Shown here piece by piece: positions 18,372 to 27,999 of a stretch of 64,000 nucleotides of DNA (position 1 is the stretch's first letter; the number at the start of each line of letters is the position of its first letter). Position numbers and translations under genes: made by a program. The stretch is from assembly GCA_021158185.1 (NCBI GenBank), contig JAGGVC010000099.1, forward strand, positions 1,016 to 65,015. Direction: 5' to 3'. The notes under the pieces were generated by a model. The model was given only the letters and a program-made list of their open reading frames with translations, searched no databases and was not told the DNA's origin. Source of the stretch: a bacterium (GTDB lineage Bacteria > 4484-113 > JAGGVC01).

Positions 18372-19388
18372 ATGCAAATTCAAGTGATTTCTATGAGCAA
18401 CATCGTGTATCTCGTTGGCATTATGCTTCTGTCGGGCCTGTGGGCATACGGCATCACGCCGTTTATTGTGCGTCTTGCAGAGCGGTACAAGCAGTATGAT
18501 CTGCAGAACGAGCGCAAGGTGCATACACGCCGAGTAAGCAGGTTGGGGGGCATCGCGGTCTATTCGGGCTTTGCTGTGGGATTCTCTGTTTTGACGTACT
18601 TGATGTTATCTGGCCGGATCGAAAGCTCTTTCCAGCCTGTAACGATGTTTGCGATTTTCCTCGGTGGGACGCTTTATTTCCTGCTGGGGCTTCTGGACGA
18701 TTTCCTGGAGCTTAGCGCGAACTTCAAGTTCGTAATAATGGTGATGATCGCGCTCCTGGTGGTTTTAACAGGCGTGAGGGTGTCGAGCCTTTTCGGTGTG
18801 TATCTTCTACCGGTCTGGGTAGGCGTGATCCTTACGGTAGTATGGATCGTTGGAATTGTAAACACGATCAATTTCGTAGACGGGCTAGACGGATTGGCCA
18901 CGGGAGTCGGGCTTCTCGCGTCCATAGCGTTTTTCATAATCGCAATTGTGCGCGGCGAATGGTTCACGGCTTTTTTCTTGGTTTGCATAATCGGTGCACT
19001 GGCGGGTTTTCTTCCATTTAATTTCTTTCCGGCGAGGATATTCCTGGGTGATTCAGGCTCGCTCACGATCGGGTACTTTCTTGCCGTTGTGGGCGTTATC
19101 GGTCTCTACAAGCAGGTAACTATTATAGCTCTTGCCGTTCCTCTCATGATCCTCGCGCTTCCCATAGCGGACACGGCATTTGCGATTGTACGAAGGATTG
19201 CAAGGAGGGTGCCAGTCACACGGCCAGATCGCCGGCATATTCATCACCGGATACTTGCCCTCTTTGGAAGAAGTTCTAACGATACTGCGAAAATGATGGA
19301 TGGCCCAGCCCATAGAAATGCAGTAATTGCCTGTTATGTGATAGCGTTTGTTTTTGCGTCGGTCGCAGTTTATATAGGAATTCAGTGA
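18372..19388 (+). CDS. Polyprenyl-phosphate N-acetylhexosamine-1-phosphate transferase (WecA/MraY family)
   Basis: A polytopic membrane protein. It carries NFVDGLDGLATG and the DDxxE-like motif LLGLLDDFLEL, which are MraY/WecA family signatures. The true start may be the second Met at 18393. Confidence 0.75.
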   Translation: MQIQVISMSNIVYLVGIMLLSGLWAYGITPFIVRLAERYKQYDLQNERKVHTRRVSRLGGIAVYSGFAVGFSVLTYLMLSGRIESSFQPVTMFAIFLGGTLYFLLGLLDDFLELSANFKFVIMVMIALLVVLTGVRVSSLFGVYLLPVWVGVILTVVWIVGIVNTINFVDGLDGLATGVGLLASIAFFIIAIVRGEWFTAFFLVCIIGALAGFLPFNFFPARIFLGDSGSLTIGYFLAVVGVIGLYKQVTIIALAVPLMILALPIADTAFAIVRRIARRVPVTRPDRRHIHHRILALFGRSSNDTAKMMDGPAHRNAVIACYVIAFVFASVAVYIGIQ

Positions 19389-19442
19389 TACACCGACACT
19401 TGTGAAATCCTGGGCTCAAGCTATATTCAGGGATTCAAACGA

Positions 19443-20609
19443 ATGACAGCAGGGATAAAGGTAATCACGGTTTTCGGGACGCGCCCCGAAGCGATCAAGA
19501 TGGCCCCGGTTGTGGTCGAGTTAACGCGGAATTCGTCCGTCATCACGCACCGCCTTGCGGTTACTGCGCAGCATCGCGAACTTCTCGACAGCGTTCTCGA
19601 TCTGTTCAATCTGGAGCCTGATCTTGATCTGGACATTATGCAGCGCGGGCAGTCGCTTCAGCACATTACATCCGCAACACTTGACGGACTTACAACGTAC
19701 CTCGAAGCAGAGAGGCCCGATCTCGTACTTGTTCATGGCGATACGACGACGACTTTCGCAACGGCTCTCGCCGCTTTTTACCTCAGGATTCCTGTTGCGC
19801 ACGTCGAGGCGGGACTGAGGACGGGTAACCGCTTCGTTCCGTTTCCCGAAGAGATGAACCGAAGGCTCACAGACGAGCTTGTGACATTTTTTCTTGCGCC
19901 GACTGTGCGCGCCAAGAGGAGACTTCTCGAAAGGGAGATTGAGGAAGAGAGCATTTTCGTCACCGGAAACACCGTCGTCGACGCACTTCAAGATATTGCA
20001 GCGCGCGAGCACAGCTTCTCTGATAAAAGAATTGCGTCGTTCCTGGAAAGCGGAAGCAGTGATTCATTCAGGATTCTTTTTACGATGCACCGTCGAGAAA
20101 GCTGGGGAGTGCCGATGCGGGCGATTTTCGAGAGTCTGGCGTCTTATCTCGAAGCGAATCCCGGCATTAAAGTTATTTATCCTGTCCATCCAAATCCCGT
20201 GGTGAGCGAGCCGGCCAACAAAATCCTTGGCGGGATAGAAGCGGTAACTCTCGTTGACGCCCTCGATTACCTGAACTTCGTGCACCTTATGAAAGGCTGC
20301 GACCTTATCGTGAGCGACTCTGGAGGAATCCAGGAGGAGGCGCCGAGCCTTGGTAAGTACACTCTGATTCTGCGTGAAGCAACCGAGCGGCCCGAGGTTG
20401 TAGACTCTGGATTTGCAGAGCTGTGCGGGAACGATCCCGCAAGGCTGATTCCAGCGCTCGACAGGGCTGTTTCACTCGCTAGAAAAGGCGAGATACTACC
20501 TGCCAATTTAAGGAATCCTATTGGTGACGGGCAGTCCGCAAAGCGGACGGTGAGCTTTCTTTTGTACAAATTCGGGTTGGCGGATTCTACCGAAGCCGAG
20601 TTTGAATAA
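19443..20609 (+). CDS. wecB: UDP-N-acetylglucosamine 2-epimerase (non-hydrolysing)
   Basis: The N-terminus KVITVFGTRPEAIKMAPV and the signatures HVEAGLRT and DSGGIQEEAP are typical of WecB/MnaA. Confidence 0.85.
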   Translation: MTAGIKVITVFGTRPEAIKMAPVVVELTRNSSVITHRLAVTAQHRELLDSVLDLFNLEPDLDLDIMQRGQSLQHITSATLDGLTTYLEAERPDLVLVHGDTTTTFATALAAFYLRIPVAHVEAGLRTGNRFVPFPEEMNRRLTDELVTFFLAPTVRAKRRLLEREIEEESIFVTGNTVVDALQDIAAREHSFSDKRIASFLESGSSDSFRILFTMHRRESWGVPMRAIFESLASYLEANPGIKVIYPVHPNPVVSEPANKILGGIEAVTLVDALDYLNFVHLMKGCDLIVSDSGGIQEEAPSLGKYTLILREATERPEVVDSGFAELCGNDPARLIPALDRAVSLARKGEILPANLRNPIGDGQSAKRTVSFLLYKFGLADSTEAEFE

Positions 20610-20637
20610 TGAAATACAGCATTCGAGGTGAAGCCTC

Positions 20638-21438
20638 TTGTATAATGCCCTTGTGGACGGAAGCAATCTCAGACTTGGTATTTTAGGCTGCGGAGCAATC
20701 GGCAGCGAAGTCGCGCGCGCGGTGGATCGCGGCGTGATCGATTACGAGCTTGCCGCGCTTTGTGATATAAAGGCAGAAGCTGCTGAAACGCTCGCAAACG
20801 GGCTTGCGCATCAGAATCCGCGGATTCTCGATTTGCCCCAGCTTATAGCGGCCAGCGATGTGATCCTTGAAAGTGCGCAACAGAGCATTGTGCCCGATGT
20901 CGTTCTTCCAGCGGTGATGCAGGGAAAAACCGCCGTTGTGATGAGCGTTGGCGGCATCGCGCTGCTCGATGATGCAGCAATGGCAAACATTCTTGGATCG
21001 AGCGGGAAGGTGCACATTCCAAGCGGCGCTGTGGGAGGTATCGACGCGCTCCTCGCAGCGAAGGAATCGGGTATTACGAGTGTGATTCTGACGACGCGAA
21101 AGCCGCCCGTCGCGCTCGGGCGCGATGATGATACCGAGACTGTCATTTTTGAGGGAAGCGCGGAGGATGCGGTCGCCGCGTTTCCGAAGAACATAAACGT
21201 CGCGATGACGATCAGGCTTGCGATAGGAGCGGATGTTCCGTTTACCGTGCGCATCGTTTCGGATCCCGACGCGAAGTCGAACACGCATCGGATCGAGGCA
21301 TCCGCGGGAACGGGCAGGATGGTGATGAAGTTCGAGAACGAGTCTCATCCGATTGTCAAGCGCACGAGCTATCTTGCTCCGATGTCTGCAATCGCGCTTC
21401 TCCGCAAGCTTGGAAGCAAGCTCACCATCGGAGCCTAG
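20638..21438 (+). CDS. nadX: L-aspartate dehydrogenase NadX
   Basis: 266 aa. It carries GILGCGAIG, PSGAVGGIDAL and FEGSAEDAVAAFPKNINVA, which align with Thermotoga-type NadX (FPSGAIGGLD, FEGSVEEA..FPRNINVA). Confidence 0.7.
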   Translation: MYNALVDGSNLRLGILGCGAIGSEVARAVDRGVIDYELAALCDIKAEAAETLANGLAHQNPRILDLPQLIAASDVILESAQQSIVPDVVLPAVMQGKTAVVMSVGGIALLDDAAMANILGSSGKVHIPSGAVGGIDALLAAKESGITSVILTTRKPPVALGRDDDTETVIFEGSAEDAVAAFPKNINVAMTIRLAIGADVPFTVRIVSDPDAKSNTHRIEASAGTGRMVMKFENESHPIVKRTSYLAPMSAIALLRKLGSKLTIGA

Positions 21439-21476
21439 GGCAACCGGTTTCACCGTACCTGTTTTGGGAGAGGATA

Positions 21477-22301
21477 GTGCTTTCAGATAGGGAACTTATA
21501 AAGCTCGCGATTGACGAGGATCTCGGTACAGGCGATATTACTACCGATGCCATTCTGGGCAGATCATCGGGCACCGTTAATGCTGTTGTTGCTGCGAGGG
21601 AGCAAGGAGTGCTGTCGGGCTCTGAGCTGATAGAGCTTGTATTTCAAGGGCTCGGCAGCAGTGTAAAAATTGAGCGGCTTATCGAGGACGGTTCGGAATT
21701 CGAGAAAGGTACAGTGCTTGCAGAGCTTGGCGGTGATACAGCTACCATCCTCAAGGGTGAGAGGCTGGTGCTGAATTTTCTCTCGCATCTCTCAGGCGTA
21801 GCAACGCATACGGCCAGGCTGGCAAGGATTATCAGTGATTACAACGCTAAGCTTCTGGATACCCGGAAGACAACTCCGCTTCTGCGGAAATGGGAGAAGC
21901 GTGCTGTGGTTCACGGCGGGGGCGTAAGTCACCGCATGGGGCTCTACGACCATGTTCTGATCAAGGACAATCACATCGCGGCGGCAGGTTCGATAGAGGC
22001 TGCGATCGCGCGCGCGCGCGCGAACTGCTCGCCGGTACACAAGATCGAGATAGAGATCGACAGCCTCGATCATCTCGAAACGGTGGTTGAGCTTGAAGTT
22101 GACTGGGTGATGCTGGATAACATGAGCGCTGATGATGTTCGGAAGGCGGCTGCATACTGCAACGGGAAAGTCATCCTCGAAGCGAGCGGCGGGATTACTG
22201 CCGAAACGATCGTTGAATATGCAAAGACCGGCGTGGATTACATATCCTGCGGCGATTTGATCAAGGGCGCCCGTCCAATCGACATCGGTATCGACTTTTG
22301 A
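21477..22301 (+). CDS. nadC: Nicotinate-nucleotide pyrophosphorylase (carboxylating) NadC
   Basis: LDTRKTTPLLR...HRMGLYDHVLIKDNHI and the C-terminal GVDYISCGDL are quinolinate phosphoribosyltransferase motifs. Confidence 0.85.
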   Translation: MLSDRELIKLAIDEDLGTGDITTDAILGRSSGTVNAVVAAREQGVLSGSELIELVFQGLGSSVKIERLIEDGSEFEKGTVLAELGGDTATILKGERLVLNFLSHLSGVATHTARLARIISDYNAKLLDTRKTTPLLRKWEKRAVVHGGGVSHRMGLYDHVLIKDNHIAAAGSIEAAIARARANCSPVHKIEIEIDSLDHLETVVELEVDWVMLDNMSADDVRKAAAYCNGKVILEASGGITAETIVEYAKTGVDYISCGDLIKGARPIDIGIDF

Positions 22302-22386
22302 TTTCATTACTACTCTTCGTTGCGACTTGCGGTCAAACGGGATCGGAGCTTGGAGTTCATTTATTATCGAGCGTTCGAGGTACAAA

Positions 22387-23151
22387 ATGCTTGTAGTTAC
22401 GGACATTGGAAATACTCACACCGTTTTCGGGATTTATCAGGGTGAAGAGCTTCTCGGACACTGGCGCGTGGTCAGTGCCACCCATCGTACATCCGACGAA
22501 TACGCCGCATACGTTTCGAGCCTTCTCGCAAGCCGGCACTTCTCCGCGGATGAAATCGAGGGCGGGATTCTTGGCAGCGTAGTTCCTCAGCTCACGAGCG
22601 TGTGGAGCAAGGTGTGGATGCAGGTCGCAGGAATCGAGCTTTTGTGCGTCGAACCGGGAATGAAAACCGGGCTTGATATCCACTACGAAGATCCCCGCGA
22701 GGTCGGCGCAGACCGTATTGCCAACTCGGTAGCAGCCATCGCGAAGTATGGCGCTCCTATTATTATCGTAGATTTCGGTACTGCAACAACCTTTGATGTC
22801 TGCCAGAAGCCGAATATCTATCTGGGCGGAATGATCGCGCCTGGGGTACAGCTCGCGCTCGAAGCGCTTACAGGGCGCGCCGCGCGTCTGCCGAGAGTCG
22901 AGCTTGCTCCGCCCGAATCGGTGGTGGGAAGAAACACCGTCCAGGCCATTCTTTCAGGTACGTTTTTTGGCAACGTATCGCTTGTGGACGGCCTGATCCG
23001 CAGGACTTGGGATGAACTCCAATGCGAGACCGTTGTCGTTGCAACAGGAGGTCTCGGCGAAATAATGTTCAGCCACAGCGATTTGATAGGTCATTACGAG
23101 CCGGATCTCACGCTGGACGGTCTCAGCATGATTTACAGAATGAACATGTAA
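22387..23151 (+). CDS. coaX: Type III pantothenate kinase CoaX
   Basis: MLVVTDIGNTHTVFGIY is the CoaX N-terminus, and the fold is ASKHA. The start is at the ATG at 22387, preceded by a GAGGT Shine-Dalgarno. The track's 22327 start adds 20 unlikely residues. Confidence 0.8.
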   Translation: MLVVTDIGNTHTVFGIYQGEELLGHWRVVSATHRTSDEYAAYVSSLLASRHFSADEIEGGILGSVVPQLTSVWSKVWMQVAGIELLCVEPGMKTGLDIHYEDPREVGADRIANSVAAIAKYGAPIIIVDFGTATTFDVCQKPNIYLGGMIAPGVQLALEALTGRAARLPRVELAPPESVVGRNTVQAILSGTFFGNVSLVDGLIRRTWDELQCETVVVATGGLGEIMFSHSDLIGHYEPDLTLDGLSMIYRMNM

Positions 23152-23156
23152 AGCGT

Positions 23157-24731
23157 CTAGCGTTCCTTTTCGTTCAAATCCAGGATTTCTGCGTTGATTT
23201 CGGACTGAAGTTCTTCCGCAACTTCGGGGCTGAGGATCTCATCGATTGTCGCGCGTGAAAGCGCCGCCCGTTGTGCGTGCATTATCGTCAGGTTAATACG
23301 CGCCCTCTGTTTGGCGGTGAGTTCCGGATTTTCCCCGATCAGATTGTCTATTTCCAAGCTTAGCACTTCTACTTTATTCCGCCACCGTTCGATTTTCTCC
23401 TCGAATATCGACAGGGGCATATGCTGTTTCTCGAATAGATATTCGAGCTGCGTTATTGCGCTTTGGGCGGAGATAAACTCGCCGAGCAAATGATCGTAAC
23501 GGATCTGTTCCTCACTCTTCGTGAATGCGAGGCCAAAACGCCTGAGCAGCGGTTTGATGGTCATTCCCTGGAGTACAAGCGAAATGAAAACCACGCCGAA
23601 TGTAATGACCAGTATCGTGTCCCGTTCAGGCAGATCGGATGGAAGGCCGAGAACGAGCGCCATCGGCAGGCTTCCACGCAGTCCGCCCCAGAACAGAACA
23701 ACCTGCTCGCGCGAAGCGATTCGCTCGCGTAATGCGTTTGCAATCGCTGCAATTGGAAACACTGCGAGCGCCCTTGCGAAGAGTACAATAACGAACGCCG
23801 CAACTACGATGAAAAGGTTGAGTTGAAGCCTGTCGGGGTTGCCGAGAATATCCACGACCTCTCGCCCCACCAGGATAAAAATGACGCTGTTCACAGCAAA
23901 TGCGATGTATTCCCAAAATGAATGTACTGCGACCTGGGTCGTGGATGACATTCCCTTTTTCACACCGTAATTTCCGATGACAAGCCCGCTGACGACAACC
24001 GTAATTACGCCGCTGACGTGCCAGAATTCGGCAAGCGCGAATCCGCCGAAGACGAGTATTGTCGTGATTGTTATTTCGATCAGATGGTCGTCCACGAGTT
24101 CGAAAATCTTGCTGAAGATTATGCCGAGTGCGAAGCCCAGGATAATGCCGCCTACCGCGACCTTTACGAATTCGACGATTGCGAACTGAAGCGAGAACGC
24201 GACGTGGCCGATCACGATCGCGCGGACGATGTTGTAGATGACAACCGCCGTTCCGTCGTTGAAAAGCGATTCGCCGTCAACGAGGATGGAGAGGTTTCTC
24301 GATACTCCGAGTTGCTTGAAAATCGCAAGTACGCTTATCGGGTCGGTTGCGCTGATCACCGCGCCGAAGAGGAGAGCTGTCGCAAAATCGAGGTGCGTGA
24401 TCAACGTGATGAGCCAAGCCACGACGAATGTTGAAAGAATGACCCCGAAGACTGCCAGCATCGAGATGATTTTTGCGCGCTTTCTGAGCGTGTGGAATTG
24501 AATGTGGAGCGTGGCTTCGAAAAGGAGCGGCGGGAGAAACAGCACGAAAACGAGTTCTTCCCTGAGGTGCAGCTCGTCGGGCACGAGATTGAGGAAACCG
24601 AGGATCAGACCGACGAATACAAGTGCGATCGAATATGGAATGCGGATGCGCTTTGTCATTGCAGCAGTGAAGCTTGCCGCCGCTAAGAGCATTATTGCCG
24701 TAAAAACGAAATGCGTGATATTGCCGTGCAA
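23157..24731 (-). CDS. Na+/H+ antiporter, CPA1 (NhaP-type), with a C-terminal regulatory domain
   Basis: About 12 transmembrane segments over 400 aa with CPA1-like composition, followed by a roughly 110-aa soluble coiled-coil tail. Confidence 0.7.
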   Translation of the reverse strand: MHGNITHFVFTAIMLLAAASFTAAMTKRIRIPYSIALVFVGLILGFLNLVPDELHLREELVFVLFLPPLLFEATLHIQFHTLRKRAKIISMLAVFGVILSTFVVAWLITLITHLDFATALLFGAVISATDPISVLAIFKQLGVSRNLSILVDGESLFNDGTAVVIYNIVRAIVIGHVAFSLQFAIVEFVKVAVGGIILGFALGIIFSKIFELVDDHLIEITITTILVFGGFALAEFWHVSGVITVVVSGLVIGNYGVKKGMSSTTQVAVHSFWEYIAFAVNSVIFILVGREVVDILGNPDRLQLNLFIVVAAFVIVLFARALAVFPIAAIANALRERIASREQVVLFWGGLRGSLPMALVLGLPSDLPERDTILVITFGVVFISLVLQGMTIKPLLRRFGLAFTKSEEQIRYDHLLGEFISAQSAITQLEYLFEKQHMPLSIFEEKIERWRNKVEVLSLEIDNLIGENPELTAKQRARINLTIMHAQRAALSRATIDEILSPEVAEELQSEINAEILDLNEKER

Positions 24732-24867
24732 GAAATCCTCCAGAATCGTCTGCCATTGACCTGACCTGGAAAATATATCACAAATGAATAATAGTACGGC
24801 ACCGTCGTCTTGATAGGGTGGGATGATAACCCTCTGGTAGAATCTGTTTCACCGAATTCCGGAGGAC

Positions 24868-27800
24868 TTGATTATGGGGTTTGGCGCACTAGTGAAGAAA
24901 TACGCGGGATTATCACATCCCGCGGCCGCGGCTCTGCCGATAATGATGCTCGCATTTGCACTGCTGCCGCTGATTGCCGGCTGCGAAGGGCTTGGTTCGT
25001 TCGGCGCGCCGTCTGAACGCACCGAGTCGAGAGATCCTGCGGAGGAAGAAGCAGAGAATGAACCGCCGAAGACTGCTACCGAGGGCAGTACTTACATAGG
25101 TCCAAATGGCGGAATCGTAGATTTCGGAGGTTGCAGGCTTTCTGTTCCGCACGGCCTGCTTCGAGATAAGGAGTATTTCACTATTCGTTTTCCTGAGGAA
25201 CAGGACGAGGACGTTATAACCGGCACGAATTACGTGATAATTCCTCACGGAAAAACTTTCGACCGTCCGGCACTTCTTGAGATCGAATATGATCCCTCAA
25301 ATCTGATTGAGGGTGTCAATGCGGAAGATCTCGTTGCTGCAGTATTTGTGGACGGCGTGTGGCAGGAGCTTGGGAAAAGCCGCGTCGATACAGACCGGCA
25401 CATCGTGGCATCACCTGTCACGTTCATCGGAAGCTTCGGTCTTATTGAAAGAAGCGAAAGCCGGATCAAGCTTAACACTCCGCCGGAAGCAGTCATCGAA
25501 ACCGCCGATCTTCCCCTAGACAACGGCAGACTGAAGATTTTGTACGATGCAAGTGGCTCGGCGGATAGTGACGGCAAGATCGTGCGCTACGACTGGGATT
25601 TTGACTGCGACGGCGTCTTCGACTACACGGGTAGAGGGAAAGATGCAGATGCATCGTACATCTTTCCGCAGGTCGGCAAGTATACGACGGTTCTCAAGGT
25701 TACGGACGACAACAGAAATCCTGCGAGCACGATTTCGACAGTAGTTGTTGAAGTGGACGAGCTTTTCCCGCCCGATCCGCCTGGGAAACTCGATATCAAC
25801 ATCACGACTTTCCCTCCGACCGGTAAGGTGCCAATTACGATCGACTTTGCTGCGAGCGCCGTAGGCGGTCTTGGGCCTTACATTATCCTCTGGGACTTCG
25901 GCGGGAGCGTTACATCCGATATCTTCAACCCATCCATGACGTTCAAAAAGGCTGGCAAGGAGAAGATTCTCGTTTACCTGAGTGATCAATCCGGGCAGGA
26001 GATTGCGCGTGAGATAACACTCAACCTCAAGGGCAGCGAAGCTCCGTCCGGAGACACCGGGCAGTTTGCGATATCACTTGTTGAAAGCAAAAGCGAGGGC
26101 AGGGCGCCTCTCACTGTGGATTTCACTCTGAAGTTCAAGAATGCCAAAGAGCCCGTCAGATGGAAGGCGCTTTTCGGGGATGAGCGGGAAGATGCGCTGC
26201 CGGTGATGGGAGAGGGAAAGACCATTACACATACGTTCAACCGCGCGGGGATGTATCTCGTTGACATAATTGCGACGGATGCAAACCAGAACGTCGATTC
26301 CGCATTCACGCTCATAAAAGTTGCGCCTACGGATACGAGGGATGTTCCTGTCGAAGGCGAGGAAAGCGCTGCGGGATTCTACGAAGCGCGCAGGGGACGT
26401 ATCAAGGCAGTTGCGATGGTGAGCGAAGACGACCCGATGACGCTGAGCTTCGAACTGGCGGGCTTTTCCGGTGACGATCATGATTTCATCAGCTGGAATT
26501 TCGGCGACGGCTACCATTCGAATGAGACTGCCCCGACTCACACCTATACGCGCGAGGGTGTTTACGAAGCGGCTGTCGAATATCACGAGTACGGCGCGAA
26601 GAAGATTCGGAGAATCTGGATTCCTGCTTCGAAATCACCTGCTGTAGCTGTCCAGATGCCTTCGGATGTCAAAGGGCTCGCACCGTTCGAAGTTTCGCCA
26701 GCAGCAGTTGTTACAGGCATTAAGGGCGACGTGCATTACGCGTGGGACTTTGGAGATGGCGAGACATCGGCTGATACCGAACCGTGTCATGTTTATACGG
26801 AACCCGGGAATTTCAGTCTGAAACTCGAAGTGTCGGATGCTGAAGGTGAAATGAGTGCATCCAGCGATATCGTAACGATAACGGTTTTGCCCAAGGCTGT
26901 CCGCTTCGATAAGCCGGTTGCATATCTTAACGACGTGAAGGCTGAAGGCGGTCAGGTTGCGCGGGTTCTTCGGCTTGGCGGGCTCGACGGGGTGCAGTCT
27001 TATGAGATACCTGCGGAACCTGTAGCGGATCGCGCGTTTGCGCCCGTGCTTAGTTCGGGATGCGGATTTGTGGGGTATGCCACATCGGACGGCATCGAAG
27101 TGCGGGAGACCGGATCGGGACGCGTTTCCTACGAATACACGCCGGTTGAAGGCGTTGTGACAGGAGTTTTCATTTCACGCTTCGGCGACCGCGTTTTCAT
27201 AAACCTTGAGAAGGAGTCGGGCAGGGGCGTTGCATATTGCCATTCCGTAGAAAGCGGGATGGTGAGCGTCACACCGGATGGTGTAAGTGCGCGGATTGCT
27301 GGAATCACCCAGGATGGATACCAGTTCCTTCTGCTGAGCGAAGAGAATGATTCACAATGTTCGATGAGCCTCGTTACATGGAACGATGAAGCAGGAGTGT
27401 GGGACGAGCCCGTGAAAATCGCGGATGCGGTTGGCGAAGGTGCGATAAGTTCGGATGGTAGCATGATTCTCGCTTTGATGAACGACAGATCCATATTCGA
27501 GTTCAGCTCATGGAAGGAGGAGCCTGCGGAGATCTGCGGAACTCCTCGCGGGAAGCGCGCCCTTGCAGTTTCCGACGACGGAGATACCGCCGCATGGCTC
27601 GAGGATTCGGGCTCGGATGCATGGGACATCATGATCGCGCGCCGAAACGACGATGACCGCTTCGTTTTTGAAAATCTAACGAGTCTTGTTTCGATAAAGG
27701 CTGAATCGCTTTCGATCGTACCGGACGGCTCCGCGCTAGTCGTTTACGCTATACACGATGTACCCGCAGAACCAAATGGCGAAGGTGATTCCCCGAAGAA

Positions 27801-27918
27801 GGAATCCGGATTGTTCGCTATCAACCTTCTGGCTGAAGAGCCGGAAGTTTCATTCCTCTGCGAAGCTCTTCCGGAGTTTGCAGCAGGCGTAAGCCTCAGA
27901 CATGGCGCAGGCGGGTAA
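24868..27918 (+). CDS. Large secreted protein with multiple PKD domains and a C-terminal WD40/TolB-like beta-propeller region
   Basis: Signal peptide. The motif W(D/N)FGDG recurs (YDWDFDCDGVFDY, WDFGGSVTSD, WNFGDGYHS, WDFGDGETS), which is the PKD signature. The C-terminal region shows repeated DG(S/D) patterns (VSDDGDTAAWLEDSGSD, VPDGSALVVYA). Confidence 0.6.
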   Translation: MIMGFGALVKKYAGLSHPAAAALPIMMLAFALLPLIAGCEGLGSFGAPSERTESRDPAEEEAENEPPKTATEGSTYIGPNGGIVDFGGCRLSVPHGLLRDKEYFTIRFPEEQDEDVITGTNYVIIPHGKTFDRPALLEIEYDPSNLIEGVNAEDLVAAVFVDGVWQELGKSRVDTDRHIVASPVTFIGSFGLIERSESRIKLNTPPEAVIETADLPLDNGRLKILYDASGSADSDGKIVRYDWDFDCDGVFDYTGRGKDADASYIFPQVGKYTTVLKVTDDNRNPASTISTVVVEVDELFPPDPPGKLDINITTFPPTGKVPITIDFAASAVGGLGPYIILWDFGGSVTSDIFNPSMTFKKAGKEKILVYLSDQSGQEIAREITLNLKGSEAPSGDTGQFAISLVESKSEGRAPLTVDFTLKFKNAKEPVRWKALFGDEREDALPVMGEGKTITHTFNRAGMYLVDIIATDANQNVDSAFTLIKVAPTDTRDVPVEGEESAAGFYEARRGRIKAVAMVSEDDPMTLSFELAGFSGDDHDFISWNFGDGYHSNETAPTHTYTREGVYEAAVEYHEYGAKKIRRIWIPASKSPAVAVQMPSDVKGLAPFEVSPAAVVTGIKGDVHYAWDFGDGETSADTEPCHVYTEPGNFSLKLEVSDAEGEMSASSDIVTITVLPKAVRFDKPVAYLNDVKAEGGQVARVLRLGGLDGVQSYEIPAEPVADRAFAPVLSSGCGFVGYATSDGIEVRETGSGRVSYEYTPVEGVVTGVFISRFGDRVFINLEKESGRGVAYCHSVESGMVSVTPDGVSARIAGITQDGYQFLLLSEENDSQCSMSLVTWNDEAGVWDEPVKIADAVGEGAISSDGSMILALMNDRSIFEFSSWKEEPAEICGTPRGKRALAVSDDGDTAAWLEDSGSDAWDIMIARRNDDDRFVFENLTSLVSIKAESLSIVPDGSALVVYAIHDVPAEPNGEGDSPKKESGLFAINLLAEEPEVSFLCEALPEFAAGVSLRHGAGG

Positions 27919-27999
27919 CAGATTAGGTTGCAGTAAGGAATCTGTGCAGCGCGCAAACGAGCCGCAGCTTTAGAGGATTATCTGTCAGGAACAGCTTCA

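Noticed and set aside
20683-22406. Long minus-strand ORFs (20683..21453, 20811..21284, 21792..22406) opposite nadX and nadC
   Set aside because: nadX and nadC have strong family motifs on the plus strand. The antisense frames are Arg/His-rich shadow ORFs.
24732-24867. TTGATA ... TAGAAT pair upstream of the PKD-protein gene as a sigma-70 promoter
   Set aside because: The spacer is 22 nt, which is too long for a functional -35/-10 pairing. It is left uncalled.
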